Counted from the first letter of the stretch, positions 29,401 through 39,888 are shown. The stretch: DNA of 64,000 nucleotides from Eubacteriales bacterium (GCA_045612865.1 JAZKZW010000063.1:3911-67910); one strand, 5' to 3'. Numbers and translations are program-made. The notes: generated by a model from the sequence alone, not told the origin.

Positions 29401-29943
29401 AGTGATCGTAAATATAAAGATAGAATGCAGGTAACAGTTGCTGGAATAATATCAGCAAAGAAAACCAAGGTTATAAAAAACGGCGATACTATGGCATTTA
29501 TTATTCTTGAAGACGGCGTGTCAGAGATCGAGATAATAGTATTTGCAAAGCAGTATCAGTCCTTTTCAGATTTAATACAAAAGGATTATGCCGTTATAGT
29601 TAATGGAACTATATCCTCCGAGGAGGGTGAAGAACCAAAGCTGTTGTTGTCTGAAATAAAGCCACTTTTATCCAATACAGAGTTGGCATCTGCTTTAGAA
29701 AAGCAACAAGAAAAAACAGCTAAAGAGAAAAAGCTGTATATAAAAGTGAGTGATCTAAAAGATCATAGAATCGATAAGATTATGCGAATGGCGACACTTA
29801 ATCCCGGGGAAACTAAAATAGTTCTCTACGATGAAAGTACAGGTAAATATTCTCAAATGAAAAATGTTGTTATTGAATGTAGCGATAAAGTTCTAGCGCG
29901 ACTTTTTGCAACCTTTAATGAAAATAATGTAATATTGATGTAA
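26455..29943 (+). CDS. dnaE: DNA polymerase III alpha subunit DnaE
   Basis: PHP motif FVHLHLHTEYSLLDG, GPGRGSGAGSLVAY and PDFDIDF catalytic region. 1162 aa. AAAGGAGG RBS. Confidence 0.97.
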   Translation: MGNFVHLHLHTEYSLLDGLTKISSIADKAIADGQTAVAITDHGVMYGAVEFYNALKSKGIKPIIGCEVYVARRSRLLKEGRLDSSGNHLVLLCKNEQGYKNLCYMVSKSFIDGFYSRPRIDMELLAAHHEGLIALSGCVAGKIPQYILSGDMDGAEKAAFELKNIFGEDFYLEIQNHGLDDERKVAYALRMISSKLDIPLVATNDVHYLERSDADVQATLMCIQTGTLVSDGRPFGFETNEFYFKTEKEMRALFTPFKDAVDNTGRIAEKCNFDFKFNELHLPTFTIDDGKTHAEKLRSDAINAFNKKVAEGRFDFKKHTKEEYLERINYELGVIDKMGFNAYFLIVADFVAYAKQSDIPVGPGRGSGAGSLVAYLIGITDVDPLQFDLLFERFLNPERVSMPDFDIDFCYNRREEVIEYVKKKYGDDKVAQIVTFGTLAPRAAVRDTGRALGLSYSKVDTVAKLIPHDVSSLKDALEISEFKQLYLKDPEVQNLVDMSMKLEGMPRHASTHAAGVVITEKPTYEYVPLSYSGTGVITQFDMNTAADLGLVKFDFLGLRYLTVIHDAEIAIRKRIPSFDISKIPLDDEATFRLLCDAKTDGVFQLESGGMKQVLQKLKPTCLEDVVACIALYRPGPMDSIDTFIARKHGKEITEYKLPELKDILDVTYGCIVYQEQVMQICRTLAGYSYARADLVRRAMSKKKDSAMQAEREGFIAGAVNNGIDKAIAEEIFEEMVGFAKYAFNKSHSVVYGITSYRTAYLKAHYPAEYFAALLTSVLDSAVKVKEYILDAAKFGVKVFPPDINESNRTFTVSDGNIRFGLLAIKNVGRVFADKIIEERDKKPFISFDEFVKRMIHTDINRRTLESMIKCGVFDSFGITRQALMSVFEGILNSEHDKVRNNISGQLDLFSMSLSSSASDIASVYEYPDIPEYTLNELLSYEKENSGMYFSGHLIDSFSDHIDKIKPDKISKIIYDMSDDISISDRKYKDRMQVTVAGIISAKKTKVIKNGDTMAFIILEDGVSEIEIIVFAKQYQSFSDLIQKDYAVIVNGTISSEEGEEPKLLLSEIKPLLSNTELASALEKQQEKTAKEKKLYIKVSDLKDHRIDKIMRMATLNPGETKIVLYDESTGKYSQMKNVVIECSDKVLARLFATFNENNVILM

Positions 29944-29994
29944 TTCGCGTAATTCTTTATTAAATATTTTGATAAGTAAGAGAGGAAAAAATAA

Positions 29995-30663
29995 ATGTCT
30001 GTTGTAATTGAAATTCTTTTATGGAGTATTATTGTTGTTGGTGCTGTGCTTGGAGTAAAATCCGGATTTATAAAGATGGCAGCGAAACCCGTTAAGCTTG
30101 TATTGGCTATTGTCGTTGCATTCTCCTTGTGTTCCGCAGTTGCCGAAGGAATAATTGTTCCAATCATTGATAAGCCTATCACAAACTATATATATGAGTT
30201 CTTGGTTGAAAACTGCCCGGCTTTAACAACCGAAAATGTTGCAGAAGAGCTTCCTACAGTATTAAAAATGGCTGCAGGTATATATGGTGTTAATGTTGAG
30301 GAAATCGTTTCTCAAAATGCTGGTTTGGGTATAATTGAAGAAATAACAAGCGTTCTTGCCACCCCTGTTGTTCAGATCTTGGCTATTATAATTTCGTTTG
30401 TTCTTTTATACTTGATTGCTAAGGTTTTGGTTTCTTTGCTTTTGGCATTACTTGATACTATATTTAGCGGTGGTGTATTTGGTAAATTAAACAAGGTTCT
30501 TGGTGGACTTTCTGGTACAATCCTTTCAGCGGCGATTGCGTGGGCAGTTGCAATTTTTGTTGAATTCTTATTCCACATTAATGCAGGAGGCATAGAAAAT
30601 CCAGGTATGTTATATAGCTTTTTCAATACATACAGTCCTATTGAATTGCTTCTTAGTTTCTAA
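29995..30663 (+). CDS. CvpA-family integral membrane protein
   Basis: 222 aa with 4-5 TM helices. N-terminal pattern IIVVGAVLGVKSGFIKMAAKPVKLVLAIVVAF resembles CvpA. Confidence 0.55.
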   Translation: MSVVIEILLWSIIVVGAVLGVKSGFIKMAAKPVKLVLAIVVAFSLCSAVAEGIIVPIIDKPITNYIYEFLVENCPALTTENVAEELPTVLKMAAGIYGVNVEEIVSQNAGLGIIEEITSVLATPVVQILAIIISFVLLYLIAKVLVSLLLALLDTIFSGGVFGKLNKVLGGLSGTILSAAIAWAVAIFVEFLFHINAGGIENPGMLYSFFNTYSPIELLLSF

Positions 30664-30731
30664 AACGCATAAAAACCAATCTTTCAATAAAAATATTATA
30701 ATCGCAAAATCCAAAAAACAGGTGAAAATAA

Positions 30732-33035
30732 ATGAAAATGCAACTTTGCAAAAGATGTAAAAAAAGACCGGCTATGGTGTATATAACACCTATGCAAGGA
30801 GATAAAGCAGGTCCACCGGAAGGACTTTGCCTTCCTTGTGCAAATGAGCTGGGAATCAAACCCGTTAATGATATATTAAAAAAAATGGGCGTTGATGAAG
30901 AACAGATACAGAGTATGTCGGATGAAATAGATTCACTTTTAGAGTCCCAACTCGGCCTTACGCCCACCGATTCTGACGATGATAGCGGGAAAATGCCAAC
31001 ACTGAATTTTGGTGAAATCTTTGGTATGATGAACGGTTCGTCCAATGATTCTGCACACAGTTCTCCAAAAAGCAAAAATAAAGATAAAAAGGATTCTGAA
31101 AAGTATAAAGCTTTATCAACTTATTGTACAAACTTAAACGAAAAAGCCATAAGTGGTAAAGTGGACAGACTCGTGGGTAGAGATCGCGAGCTTGAACGAA
31201 TCATACAAATACTTTCTCGCAGACAGAAAAACAATCCTTGCTTAATCGGTGAGCCTGGTGTTGGTAAAACTGCTATTGCCGAGGAGCTTGCTTCCAGAAT
31301 AGTTGAAAAAAAGGTCCCTGAGTCTTTAGTTGATTATGAAATTTGGATGCTTGATCTTACCGCGCTTGTAGCAGGAACTCAATTTAGAGGTCAGTTTGAA
31401 TCTCGTGTGTTGGCATTGTTAAAGGATATACGTGCTGCAGGAAATGTAATTCTTATGATTGACGAGGTGCATAATATTGCTGGTGCAGGTGAAACGTCTG
31501 ACGGAAGTATGAGCGCCGCCAATCTTCTCAAGCCCGCACTTTCCAGAGGTGAAATAAGAGTTATAGGTGCAACTACGCTCAAGGAATATAGAAAGAGTAT
31601 AGAAAAAGACAGTGCGCTTGAGCGTCGTTTCCAGCCAGTTAAAATAGACGAACCATCTGTTGAAGAAACCGTAGAGATTATTAAAGGAATTAAAAAGTAT
31701 TACGAATCGTTCCACGGCATATATATTTCTGATGAGGTTGCGAGATTTGCTGCCACTTTGTCTGAAAGATATATAACTGAGCGTTTTCTTCCTGATAAAG
31801 CAATAGATCTTATTGATGAAGCCTCTGCTAAGCTCGCTCTTTCTTCTCCCGAGGTAAATGAGCAATTAAAGAACAAGAAGCGCCTTGAAGTTATCGATAA
31901 AGAAATGGCAAGGCTTGAAAACGATCTTTCATCTCCCGAAAAGCAAAGTGAAAAGAGCTATGAGGAACTCGCATCACTGAAGGCAGAAAGAATACGAATA
32001 GAGAATAGAGAAAAAGAAATCCAGCCGATAATCGACAATATGCGACTTTCTGTTTCAGATCTTCTTAAGGTTATTGAGGTTTGGACCGGTATTCCGGCAT
32101 CAGAGCTTAGTGCAACAGAGCTTGGAGAGCTCAATGGCCTTTATGAAAGAATATCCGCCAGAATCATTGGTCAGGATGAAGCAGTAACCTCTGTTGTTAG
32201 AGCAATAAGACGCAAAAGAGCAGGAATTTCTTATAGAACAAACCCTGTTTCTATGATTTTTGCCGGACCTACAGGCGTTGGAAAAACAGAGCTTGTAAAA
32301 GTTCTCGCCGAAGATCTTTTTAAGCAGCCTGAATCGCTTATTAGACTTGATATGTCCGAGTTTATGGAAAAGCATTCGGTTTCAAAGATTATAGGAGCTC
32401 CTCCAGGATATGTAGGATATGACGAAGCAGGACAGCTTACAGAAAAAATAAGACGCAGACCCTATTCTGTTATTTTATTTGATGAGATTGAAAAAGCTCA
32501 TCCTGATGTTCTCAACATCCTTCTTCAGGTTCTTGATGATGGCAAGATAACCGATGCTCAAGGCAGACTTATTAATTTTGAGAATACCGTAATTATAATG
32601 ACAACCAATGCAGGAAGTGAAAATTCTTCAGCGATTTCAGGTTTCGCCGAGAAGCGTGATGAAATAGCTAAAGACAAAACCGAACGTGCACTTCGTACAT
32701 TCCTTCGTCCGGAGTTTATTAACCGAATTGATGAAATAATAACCTTCAGACATCTTGACAAGAATGATTTTGTTAAAATCGCAGCCATCATGCTTGGAAA
32801 GCTTCGTGATCATCTTTCAGATAAGGGTATTAAGCTTGTGTATGGTGATGATGTTCTTCAACACATTGCAGAGAATTCTTATTCAGAAAAGTACGGAGCT
32901 CGTAATATGCGCCGCTATATTGAGCGTCATATTGAAGATAAGCTGGCAAATGTCACTATTGAAAATTACGGCAGAGATATTTTAGGTATGTCGCTTGTGA
33001 TAAAAGAAAAAGACATCGAAGTTGAATTTATATAA
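30732..33035 (+). CDS. two-module Clp/Hsp100 AAA+ ATPase (ClpC/ClpA-like) with N-terminal C4 zinc-ribbon instead of a Clp_N domain
   Basis: D1 Walker [17 protein letters not shown]2 Walker [16 protein letters not shown], short coiled-coil middle region, SGF tripeptide in D2. N-terminus has CKRC...CLPC followed by an acidic, Ser-rich linker. Confidence 0.88.
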   Translation: MKMQLCKRCKKRPAMVYITPMQGDKAGPPEGLCLPCANELGIKPVNDILKKMGVDEEQIQSMSDEIDSLLESQLGLTPTDSDDDSGKMPTLNFGEIFGMMNGSSNDSAHSSPKSKNKDKKDSEKYKALSTYCTNLNEKAISGKVDRLVGRDRELERIIQILSRRQKNNPCLIGEPGVGKTAIAEELASRIVEKKVPESLVDYEIWMLDLTALVAGTQFRGQFESRVLALLKDIRAAGNVILMIDEVHNIAGAGETSDGSMSAANLLKPALSRGEIRVIGATTLKEYRKSIEKDSALERRFQPVKIDEPSVEETVEIIKGIKKYYESFHGIYISDEVARFAATLSERYITERFLPDKAIDLIDEASAKLALSSPEVNEQLKNKKRLEVIDKEMARLENDLSSPEKQSEKSYEELASLKAERIRIENREKEIQPIIDNMRLSVSDLLKVIEVWTGIPASELSATELGELNGLYERISARIIGQDEAVTSVVRAIRRKRAGISYRTNPVSMIFAGPTGVGKTELVKVLAEDLFKQPESLIRLDMSEFMEKHSVSKIIGAPPGYVGYDEAGQLTEKIRRRPYSVILFDEIEKAHPDVLNILLQVLDDGKITDAQGRLINFENTVIIMTTNAGSENSSAISGFAEKRDEIAKDKTERALRTFLRPEFINRIDEIITFRHLDKNDFVKIAAIMLGKLRDHLSDKGIKLVYGDDVLQHIAENSYSEKYGARNMRRYIERHIEDKLANVTIENYGRDILGMSLVIKEKDIEVEFI

Positions 33036-33054
33036 TTTAAGGAAGTGTAATACA

Positions 33055-33876
33055 ATGGGAAATTGTAATCATGATTGTTCTTCTTGTTCACAGAAGTGTT
33101 CAAAGGAATCTCTTCTTGAACCACAGAACAAATCAAGTAAAATTAAGCGAGTTATTGGTGTTGTAAGTGGTAAGGGTGGTGTAGGAAAGTCTCTTGTAAC
33201 TTCAATGCTTGCAGTAACTATGCAAAGACGAGGATTTAGGACCGCAATTCTTGACGCAGATATAACAGGTCCATCTATTCCAAAATCCTTTGGCCTTGGC
33301 AGTGGAATTGTTGAGGGCAATGACGAGGGGATGTTTCCTCCCGTAACTAATACCGGCATAAAAACAATGAGTGTTAACCTTCTTATAGATGATGAGACCA
33401 AGCCTGTTGTTTGGAGAGGTCCGGTTATTGCAGGAACGGTTAAACAGTTCTGGTCAGACGTCGTTTGGGGCGAGGTAGATTATATGTTCGTTGATATGCC
33501 TCCAGGAACAGGAGATGTGCCTCTTACAGTATTCCAAAGCCTCCCCGTAGATGCGATTGTTATTGTTACCAGCCCCCAGGAGCTTGTTTCTATGATAGTT
33601 AAAAAGGCAGTAAATATGGCATCTATGATGGATATTGAAGTTTTAGGATTAGTAGAAAATTACAGTTACATTATTTGTCCTGACTGTGGAAAAGTAATTA
33701 GACCGTATGGTAAGAGTAAGATAGAAGAACTGGCAAAAGCTGATAACACAACAGTTCTTGCCCAACTTCCTATTGATCCCGAGCTTGCAGAGCTTTGTGA
33801 CGCTGGACTGATAGAAAACTTCAAGGGTGATTATCTTGAAAGATGTGCTGACATAATAGAAAAAAGATTCTCATAA
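33055..33876 (+). CDS. mrp: Mrp/NBP35/ApbC-family Fe-S cluster carrier ATPase
   Basis: Deviant Walker A VSGKGGVGKS, CPDCG motif, Cys-rich N-terminus. The track start at 33022 is TTG; the ATG at 33055 with AAGGAAG is preferred. Confidence 0.9.
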   Translation: MGNCNHDCSSCSQKCSKESLLEPQNKSSKIKRVIGVVSGKGGVGKSLVTSMLAVTMQRRGFRTAILDADITGPSIPKSFGLGSGIVEGNDEGMFPPVTNTGIKTMSVNLLIDDETKPVVWRGPVIAGTVKQFWSDVVWGEVDYMFVDMPPGTGDVPLTVFQSLPVDAIVIVTSPQELVSMIVKKAVNMASMMDIEVLGLVENYSYIICPDCGKVIRPYGKSKIEELAKADNTTVLAQLPIDPELAELCDAGLIENFKGDYLERCADIIEKRFS

Positions 33877-33889
33877 AATAATATTGATT

Positions 33890-33927
33890 CACGCATGTAT
33901 CGTTTTTTGATATGTGCGTGTTTTTTT
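33890..33927 (+). terminator. intrinsic terminator after mrp
   Basis: CACGCATGTATC pairs with GATATGTGCGTG (two mismatches). Followed by T7 at 33921-33927. Confidence 0.65.
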
Positions 33928-33988
33928 GTTATATGTAGCTAGTCCCATTACATATATTAGAACATAATATGGTATAAACGAGGGATAT

Positions 33989-36577
33989 ATGAAAAACAGA
34001 CTAATAGGACTTTCAGATAACGAGATTCAAATATCTAGGGAAAAACACGGTGAAAATAGATTAAAAAAAGAGAAGAGCAAAAGCTTTGCTAGAAGATTTC
34101 TTGACAATCTTTCTGATCCAATAATAAGAATATTAATGATTGCTCTGGGCATAGAGCTTATAATAACCTTGGGAAACTGTAATCTACTCGAGGTTGCGGG
34201 AATAGTGATGGCAATTTTGATATCTACAACGGTATCTACAATATCCGAATATACAAGTGAAAAATCATTTGAAAAGCTACAGAGTGACGAGCTAACGGGT
34301 AAGGTGCGCGTTTTACGGAACGGTAGACTTGTTGAAATTGGAGCAAAAGACATAGTTGTAGGTGATATAGTACATTTATATGCTGGAGAAAAAATAACTG
34401 CTGACGGTATTTTAGTAGAGGGCGAGATATGTGTTGATCAATCTGCGCTAAATGGCGAAAGTATAGAAGTAAAAAAACAATCAGGAAAAGGTGAGTCTTG
34501 GGATTTATCTGATAAATCGAGGGTATTTAGAGGTTCAATGATAACAGAAGGCGCGGGTATAATGCGTGTGGAGCGTGTTGGAGCCGAAACATATTACGGA
34601 ATGGTAGCCACCGACGTTCAGTCAGAAACAAGAACAAGTCCATTAAAAATCAGACTTGAAAAACTCGCAAAACAGGTTAGTAAGATCGGTTATGTTATGG
34701 CTATAATTGTCGGGATAGCGTATATTTTTAACACCATTGTTATCGATAACGGTTTTTCTGTGCCCGAAATTATTGCGTGTTTAGAAGATAAAAAACAAGT
34801 GATAGCGATTTTGATTCATGCATTCACGCTAATGATAACAGTAGTGGTGGTAGCAGCTCCGGAAGGCTTGCCAATGATGATTACCGTGGTGCTTTCTGCT
34901 AATATGAAAAAGCTTATCAACAGCAAAGTATTAGTAAAAAAATTAGTGGGAATTGAAACTGCAGGATCAATGAATATACTATTTACAGATAAGACGGGAA
35001 CTATTACACAGGGAGAGCCTAAAATAGAAAAAATACTCTGTGGTGGCAATGAATATAAGAGCGTAAAAAGCATAAGAGCGTTAGGAAAAATATACGAAAT
35101 TTTATGTATAAATGCTATGTATAACACAGATGTAAGATGTGTTGAAGGCGCTTTGTCTGGGGGAAATTCTACAGATAGATCCATATATGAATGGTTTTCT
35201 GAAGAGGCAGATATTCCAGCTTCTATTGTTGCAAAAGTTGGATTTTCCAGCGAAAGAAAATATTCACATATTACTATAAATAATGGAAAAACCATAATAA
35301 AAGGCGCGGCAGAAATCATAATATCTGCATCAGACAAATTGCTTTGTTCGGATGGAATCACCTGTGAACTAAACAAGAAATTTTATATATCTGAATATGA
35401 AAAAGCGGCACGACTAGGACAAAGAGTTATCGCAATTGCAATATCCGATAGCGCATCACTCACGTCTTTGACTTTGGTCGGCTTAATATTCATGAAAGAC
35501 AAGGTAAGAGAAGGAGCAAAAAACGCTATTAGCAATGTAATAAATGCTGGTATACAGGTTGTTATGATTACTGGAGATTCAAAGGAAACAGCGTCTGCCA
35601 TTGCTATAGAAAGTGGCATTAAAAGAAGCGAAAATGATGTTATTGTTAGTGCTAATGAGCTGGCTGCTATGACTGATTCGGAAATCAAATTAATTATTCC
35701 GAGATTGAGAGTGGTAGCAAGAGCTATGCCACGGGATAAGGTCCGCCTTGTTAAGCTTTGTCAGGAGATGGACCTTGTTGTGGGGATGACTGGCGACGGC
35801 ATAAATGATGCTCCATCATTAAAACTTGCTGATGTAGGCTTTGCTATGGGAAGCGGAACAGATATTGCTAAAAGCGCCGCAGACATTGTTATTTTAGACG
35901 ATAGTTTTTTGGCTATCAGCAAGACGGTGTTATATGGCAGAACAATCTTCAAATCCATAAGAAAATTTATAACCTTCCAACTTATAATGAATATAGCCGC
36001 TTGTGGTGTCTCTGTTTTAGGGCAATTCATAGGAATAGAAACACCTATAACAATAATACAAATGCTGTGGGTGAACATAATAATGGATACATTGGGAGGA
36101 CTGGCATTCGCTGGCGAACCTGCGGTAGAGCATTATATGAAAGAAAAGCCGAAAAGACGTGACGAACAAATTTTATCTAAAGATATGCTTCATCAAATTG
36201 GTTATACAGGCATATATACCTTTGGTTTGGCAATATTCTTTCTTTCCTCTAGTGTTACTAGAAAGTTCTTTGATTTTTATTCATCACCGGAGGCATTTTA
36301 TACCGCATTTTATGCATTGTTTATTTTTTCTGGAATATCCAACTGCTTTGCAGCCAGAAGTGAAAGATTATGGTTTCTTTCCGACATTAGAAGAAATATA
36401 ACCTTTGTAATTATAATGTTAAGCATTTGTACCATACAGATACTTATGATATATTTTGGAGGAAAGATATTTAGATGTATTCCGCTAACAATAGGAGAGT
36501 TAATATTCACTTTATCTTTAGCGTTAACCGTTATTCCATTTGATTGCATAAGACGAATAGTTAAAAAGCTGAGTTAA
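33989..36577 (+). CDS. P-type ATPase, Ca2+-transporting (P2) type
   Basis: Phosphorylation motif DKTGTIT, TM4 PEGLP, hinge MTGDGINDAPSL. 862 aa with about 10 TM segments. Confidence 0.9.
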   Translation: MKNRLIGLSDNEIQISREKHGENRLKKEKSKSFARRFLDNLSDPIIRILMIALGIELIITLGNCNLLEVAGIVMAILISTTVSTISEYTSEKSFEKLQSDELTGKVRVLRNGRLVEIGAKDIVVGDIVHLYAGEKITADGILVEGEICVDQSALNGESIEVKKQSGKGESWDLSDKSRVFRGSMITEGAGIMRVERVGAETYYGMVATDVQSETRTSPLKIRLEKLAKQVSKIGYVMAIIVGIAYIFNTIVIDNGFSVPEIIACLEDKKQVIAILIHAFTLMITVVVVAAPEGLPMMITVVLSANMKKLINSKVLVKKLVGIETAGSMNILFTDKTGTITQGEPKIEKILCGGNEYKSVKSIRALGKIYEILCINAMYNTDVRCVEGALSGGNSTDRSIYEWFSEEADIPASIVAKVGFSSERKYSHITINNGKTIIKGAAEIIISASDKLLCSDGITCELNKKFYISEYEKAARLGQRVIAIAISDSASLTSLTLVGLIFMKDKVREGAKNAISNVINAGIQVVMITGDSKETASAIAIESGIKRSENDVIVSANELAAMTDSEIKLIIPRLRVVARAMPRDKVRLVKLCQEMDLVVGMTGDGINDAPSLKLADVGFAMGSGTDIAKSAADIVILDDSFLAISKTVLYGRTIFKSIRKFITFQLIMNIAACGVSVLGQFIGIETPITIIQMLWVNIIMDTLGGLAFAGEPAVEHYMKEKPKRRDEQILSKDMLHQIGYTGIYTFGLAIFFLSSSVTRKFFDFYSSPEAFYTAFYALFIFSGISNCFAARSERLWFLSDIRRNITFVIIMLSICTIQILMIYFGGKIFRCIPLTIGELIFTLSLALTVIPFDCIRRIVKKLS

Positions 36578-36580
36578 AAA

Positions 36581-36612
36581 AGTGCCACCTTTTGGGGTGG
36601 CACTAACATTTT
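36581..36612 (+). terminator. intrinsic terminator candidate after the P-type ATPase
   Basis: AGTGCCACC (36581-36589) pairs with GGTGGCACT (36596-36604). A weak T-run follows after 4 nt. Confidence 0.5.
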
Positions 36613-36685
36613 AATTATAATGCTTTTATTTTTATATTTTAGTAATATTTTAAAAAAACTTGACAATATGGTACGAGATGTGGTA

Positions 36686-36694
36686 TGCTATAAT
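36686..36694 (+). promoter_or_regulatory. extended -10 element (TGCTATAAT) upstream of coaE
   Basis: TGnTATAAT match at 36686-36694, about 38 nt before the coaE ATG. A TTGACA at 36659-36664 is too far away (23 bp) to act as its -35. Confidence 0.35.
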
Positions 36695-36731
36695 GTGTAT
36701 TTATCGAATGAGCTCATTTTTAGGAGAATGT

Positions 36732-37337
36732 ATGAAGGTCATAGGTTTATGTGGAGGCAGTGGAAGTGGAAAAGGGGTCGTATCATCGCTTTTCTATGAA
36801 TTTGGAATCCCATCTATAGATACAGATTTGGTGTACAAAGAGATTACATCGTACAAAAGTGAATGTATGGAACAATTGGTAGATAGCTTTGGACATTCGA
36901 TATCAAATGAAGATGGATCTCTAAATCGAGAAAAAATGCGAGAGCTGGTTTTCTTTGGCGAAAATAAGGAAAAAAATCTTGAACTTCTTAACTCTATTAC
37001 ACATAAGTTTGTTTTGCAAGAAACTCTACGTAGGATTGATGAGTATAAAAAAACGGGGAAGCTTGCAGTTATAGCTGATGTGCCATTGTTATTCGAGTCG
37101 GGATTTGATAAAGAATGCGATATAACTGTTGCTGTGATCGCCGATGAGAATGTTCGTATTGGTAGAATTATGGATCGCGATGGATTATCATACGACCATG
37201 CCAAAAACAGAATTAATGCCCAGCTTTCTACAGATGAGTTGATTAAGAAAGTTGATTTTGTCATTGAAAATAATACCACACTCAATGATGTGAGGCAGAA
37301 AGTACAAAAACTTTATAAGCAGATAATTTTAAATTGA
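36732..37337 (+). CDS. coaE: dephospho-CoA kinase
   Basis: P-loop GLCGGSGSGKG. Start re-called to the ATG at 36732 (AGGAG 5 nt upstream); the track's 24-aa extension has no homology signal. Confidence 0.9.
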   Translation: MKVIGLCGGSGSGKGVVSSLFYEFGIPSIDTDLVYKEITSYKSECMEQLVDSFGHSISNEDGSLNREKMRELVFFGENKEKNLELLNSITHKFVLQETLRRIDEYKKTGKLAVIADVPLLFESGFDKECDITVAVIADENVRIGRIMDRDGLSYDHAKNRINAQLSTDELIKKVDFVIENNTTLNDVRQKVQKLYKQIILN

Positions 37338-37356
37338 TTTTAAGGAGATATAAAAA

Positions 37357-38757
37357 ATGTCAGAAAAAACAACAGGACAGGAAATGCTTGAAAAGCTTTC
37401 CTATAAGAAAAAAAACGTATTCGAGGAATCAAGTGCAGATAAAATAAAGGCTATCTTTGATTATAACGTTGGTTATGCAAAGTTCCTCGATGATGCAAAG
37501 ACAGAAAGAGAAGCTACTATTGCCGCAATTGAACTTGCAGAGGCAAAGGGCTTTACCGAATATAAATTTGGAGATAAGATATCCGTAGGTGACAAGAAGT
37601 ATCTTAACCAGCACGGAAAGAGTGTAATTTTCTTCCAGGTTGGTGAAAACGATCTTGAAGAAGATGGCATTAGAATTCTTGCCGCTCATATCGATTCTCC
37701 CCGTCTTGACTTAAAGCAGATTCCTATGTATGAAGATTCCGGAATGTGCTTCCTCAAAACACACTACTATGGTGGTGTAAAGAAATATCAGTGGACTGCT
37801 ATCCCTCTTGCTCTTCATGGCGTTATGGTAAAGGCAGATGGCGAAGTAGTTGATGTTAGAATTGGTGAAGATGATAACGATCCCGTGTTCTACATCAATG
37901 ACCTTCTTCCTCATCTTGCACAGCGACAGTCACAGGAGCCTCTTGGTTCTGCTATTAGTGGTGAATCTCTCAATATTCTCATTGGCGGACTTCCATATGC
38001 AGATAAGGATGTGTCCGATAAGATCAAACTTACAGCACTTTCCCTTCTTCACGATAAATATGGTGTAACAGAGGAAGATTTCATTAGCGCAGAGCTTTCA
38101 CTCGTTCCTGCATTCAAGGCTCGCGACATCGGCTTTGACAGAGCCCTTCTTGCGGCTTATGGTCATGACGATAGAGTATGCTCTTATCCAGCTCTTACCG
38201 CTCTTCTTGATACACCTGATACAAAGCGTACAGTAATGGTAGTTCTCGCCGACAAGGAAGAAATTGGTTCAGTAGGCATTACAGGTATGCAATCAGACTT
38301 CCTTATTGACGTTATCAAGGAGATTTCCAGAGCGCTCGGCAAAAATGAGATTGTAGTGAGAAGCCACAGTAAATGCTTAAGTGCAGATGTAACTGCTTGC
38401 TTCGATCCCAATTTTGCAGACGTATATGAAAAGAGAAACAGCGCTCTTCTTTCTTATGGTACAACTATGAGCAAGTTTACTGGCTCAAGAGGTAAATCCT
38501 CCACAAATGATGCCTCTGCCGAGTTTGTTGGTTATGTAAGACGTCTCTTTGCAGAGAATGGTGTAATCTGGCAGACAGCTGAGCTTGGTAAGGTTGATCA
38601 GGGTGGCGGCGGAACTGTTGCTATGTACATTGCAAACCATAATATTGAAACTGTTGACCTTGGCGTACCTGTGCTTTCTATGCATGCTCCTTATGAAGTA
38701 GTTTCCAAGGCAGACGTTTATTCTACATACGAGGCATTTGTTGCATTCGTAAAATAG
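37357..38757 (+). CDS. M18-family aminopeptidase
   Basis: 466 aa. HIDSPRLDLK and GHDDRVC motifs typical of M18 aminopeptidases. Ends in TAG. Confidence 0.85.
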   Translation: MSEKTTGQEMLEKLSYKKKNVFEESSADKIKAIFDYNVGYAKFLDDAKTEREATIAAIELAEAKGFTEYKFGDKISVGDKKYLNQHGKSVIFFQVGENDLEEDGIRILAAHIDSPRLDLKQIPMYEDSGMCFLKTHYYGGVKKYQWTAIPLALHGVMVKADGEVVDVRIGEDDNDPVFYINDLLPHLAQRQSQEPLGSAISGESLNILIGGLPYADKDVSDKIKLTALSLLHDKYGVTEEDFISAELSLVPAFKARDIGFDRALLAAYGHDDRVCSYPALTALLDTPDTKRTVMVVLADKEEIGSVGITGMQSDFLIDVIKEISRALGKNEIVVRSHSKCLSADVTACFDPNFADVYEKRNSALLSYGTTMSKFTGSRGKSSTNDASAEFVGYVRRLFAENGVIWQTAELGKVDQGGGGTVAMYIANHNIETVDLGVPVLSMHAPYEVVSKADVYSTYEAFVAFVK

Positions 38758-38805
38758 TTTCCTGAATCGAAAAACGAATACAAAATATAGTTTTTTGAGG
38801 TGGAA

Positions 38806-39888
38806 ATGATACTACAAAAATTAACAAGAGCAGAAGACAGATTCAGGGAGATTGAGCAAATGCTTACTCTCCCCTCAGTCGTGTCTGACAATAAAGAATA
38901 TTCAAAGCTTATAAAAGAATATAAAAGCCTTGAGCCCACGATTTTGAAATTTAGAGAATATAAGTCAGCCAATCAAAGCCTTAATGATGCAGAGGAAATG
39001 ATGCGCGACTCTTCTTTGGAATCTGAACTCCGTGATATGGCTGAAGAAGAGTTCAAGGAGCTTCGTGATCTGACAGAAAAACTCATGGGAGAGCTTCGAA
39101 TCCTGCTTATGCCAAGAGATCCTAATGATTCTCGAAATGTTATCGTTGAAATACGTCAAGGCGCAGGCGGTGAAGAAGCAGCCCTATTCGGTGCAGATCT
39201 TTTCCGTATGTATTCTATGTATGCAAATACGCGTCGTTTCTCCGTTAGAGTTGAGAGTATAAACGAAACAGAGCTTGGCGGAATTAAAGAAGTTGTATTC
39301 TCTATAAACGGAGATGGAGCATATTCCAGATTTAAGTTCGAAAGTGGAGTTCATAGAGTACAGCGTATTCCCGTAACAGAATCGAATGGCAGAATCCAGA
39401 CCTCGACCGTAACAGTTGCAGTTCTTCCGGAAGCAGAGGAAGTAGAGGTTGAGGTTAACATGGCAGATGTCAAGATTGAATCCTGTAAATCCAGTGGCGC
39501 AGGTGGTCAGCATATCAACAAAACCGAATCTGCAGTCAGACTTACTCACAAGCCGACAGGAATTGTGATAGAATGCGACCAAGAGAGAAGCCAGCTTCAG
39601 AATAAGGAGCGAGCATTGCGTTTGCTTTACACCAAGCTTTATGACATAAAGCAAAGAGAACAGAGTGAGCTTATTGCATCAACAAGAAAAAGCCAGGTTG
39701 GTAGCGGAGATAGAAGCGAAAAGATAAGAACATATAATTTCCCTCAATCCCGTGTTACTGATCATCGCATTAATAAAACAATATATTCTCTTGACGCTTT
39801 TCTCGATGGTGACATTGATTCAATAATTGATGAGCTTATTTCTGCTGATACAGCTGAACGTTTGAGAGGCGAGCAGAATGAAAACTGA
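38806..39888 (+). CDS. prfA: peptide chain release factor 1
   Basis: GGQ motif SGAGGQHINKTESAVR and RF1-type PVT tripeptide. The track start at 38800 is GTG; the ATG at 38806 with GAGGTGG is preferred. Confidence 0.96.
   Translation: MILQKLTRAEDRFREIEQMLTLPSVVSDNKEYSKLIKEYKSLEPTILKFREYKSANQSLNDAEEMMRDSSLESELRDMAEEEFKELRDLTEKLMGELRILLMPRDPNDSRNVIVEIRQGAGGEEAALFGADLFRMYSMYANTRRFSVRVESINETELGGIKEVVFSINGDGAYSRFKFESGVHRVQRIPVTESNGRIQTSTVTVAVLPEAEEVEVEVNMADVKIESCKSSGAGGQHINKTESAVRLTHKPTGIVIECDQERSQLQNKERALRLLYTKLYDIKQREQSELIASTRKSQVGSGDRSEKIRTYNFPQSRVTDHRINKTIYSLDAFLDGDIDSIIDELISADTAERLRGEQNEN

Noticed and set aside
30664-30731. Looked for CtsR boxes upstream of the Clp ATPase, and for LexA boxes (GAAC-N4-GTTC) upstream of recN, ruvA and recG
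   Set aside because: No match was visible by eye in these short spacers, so no regulatory call is made.
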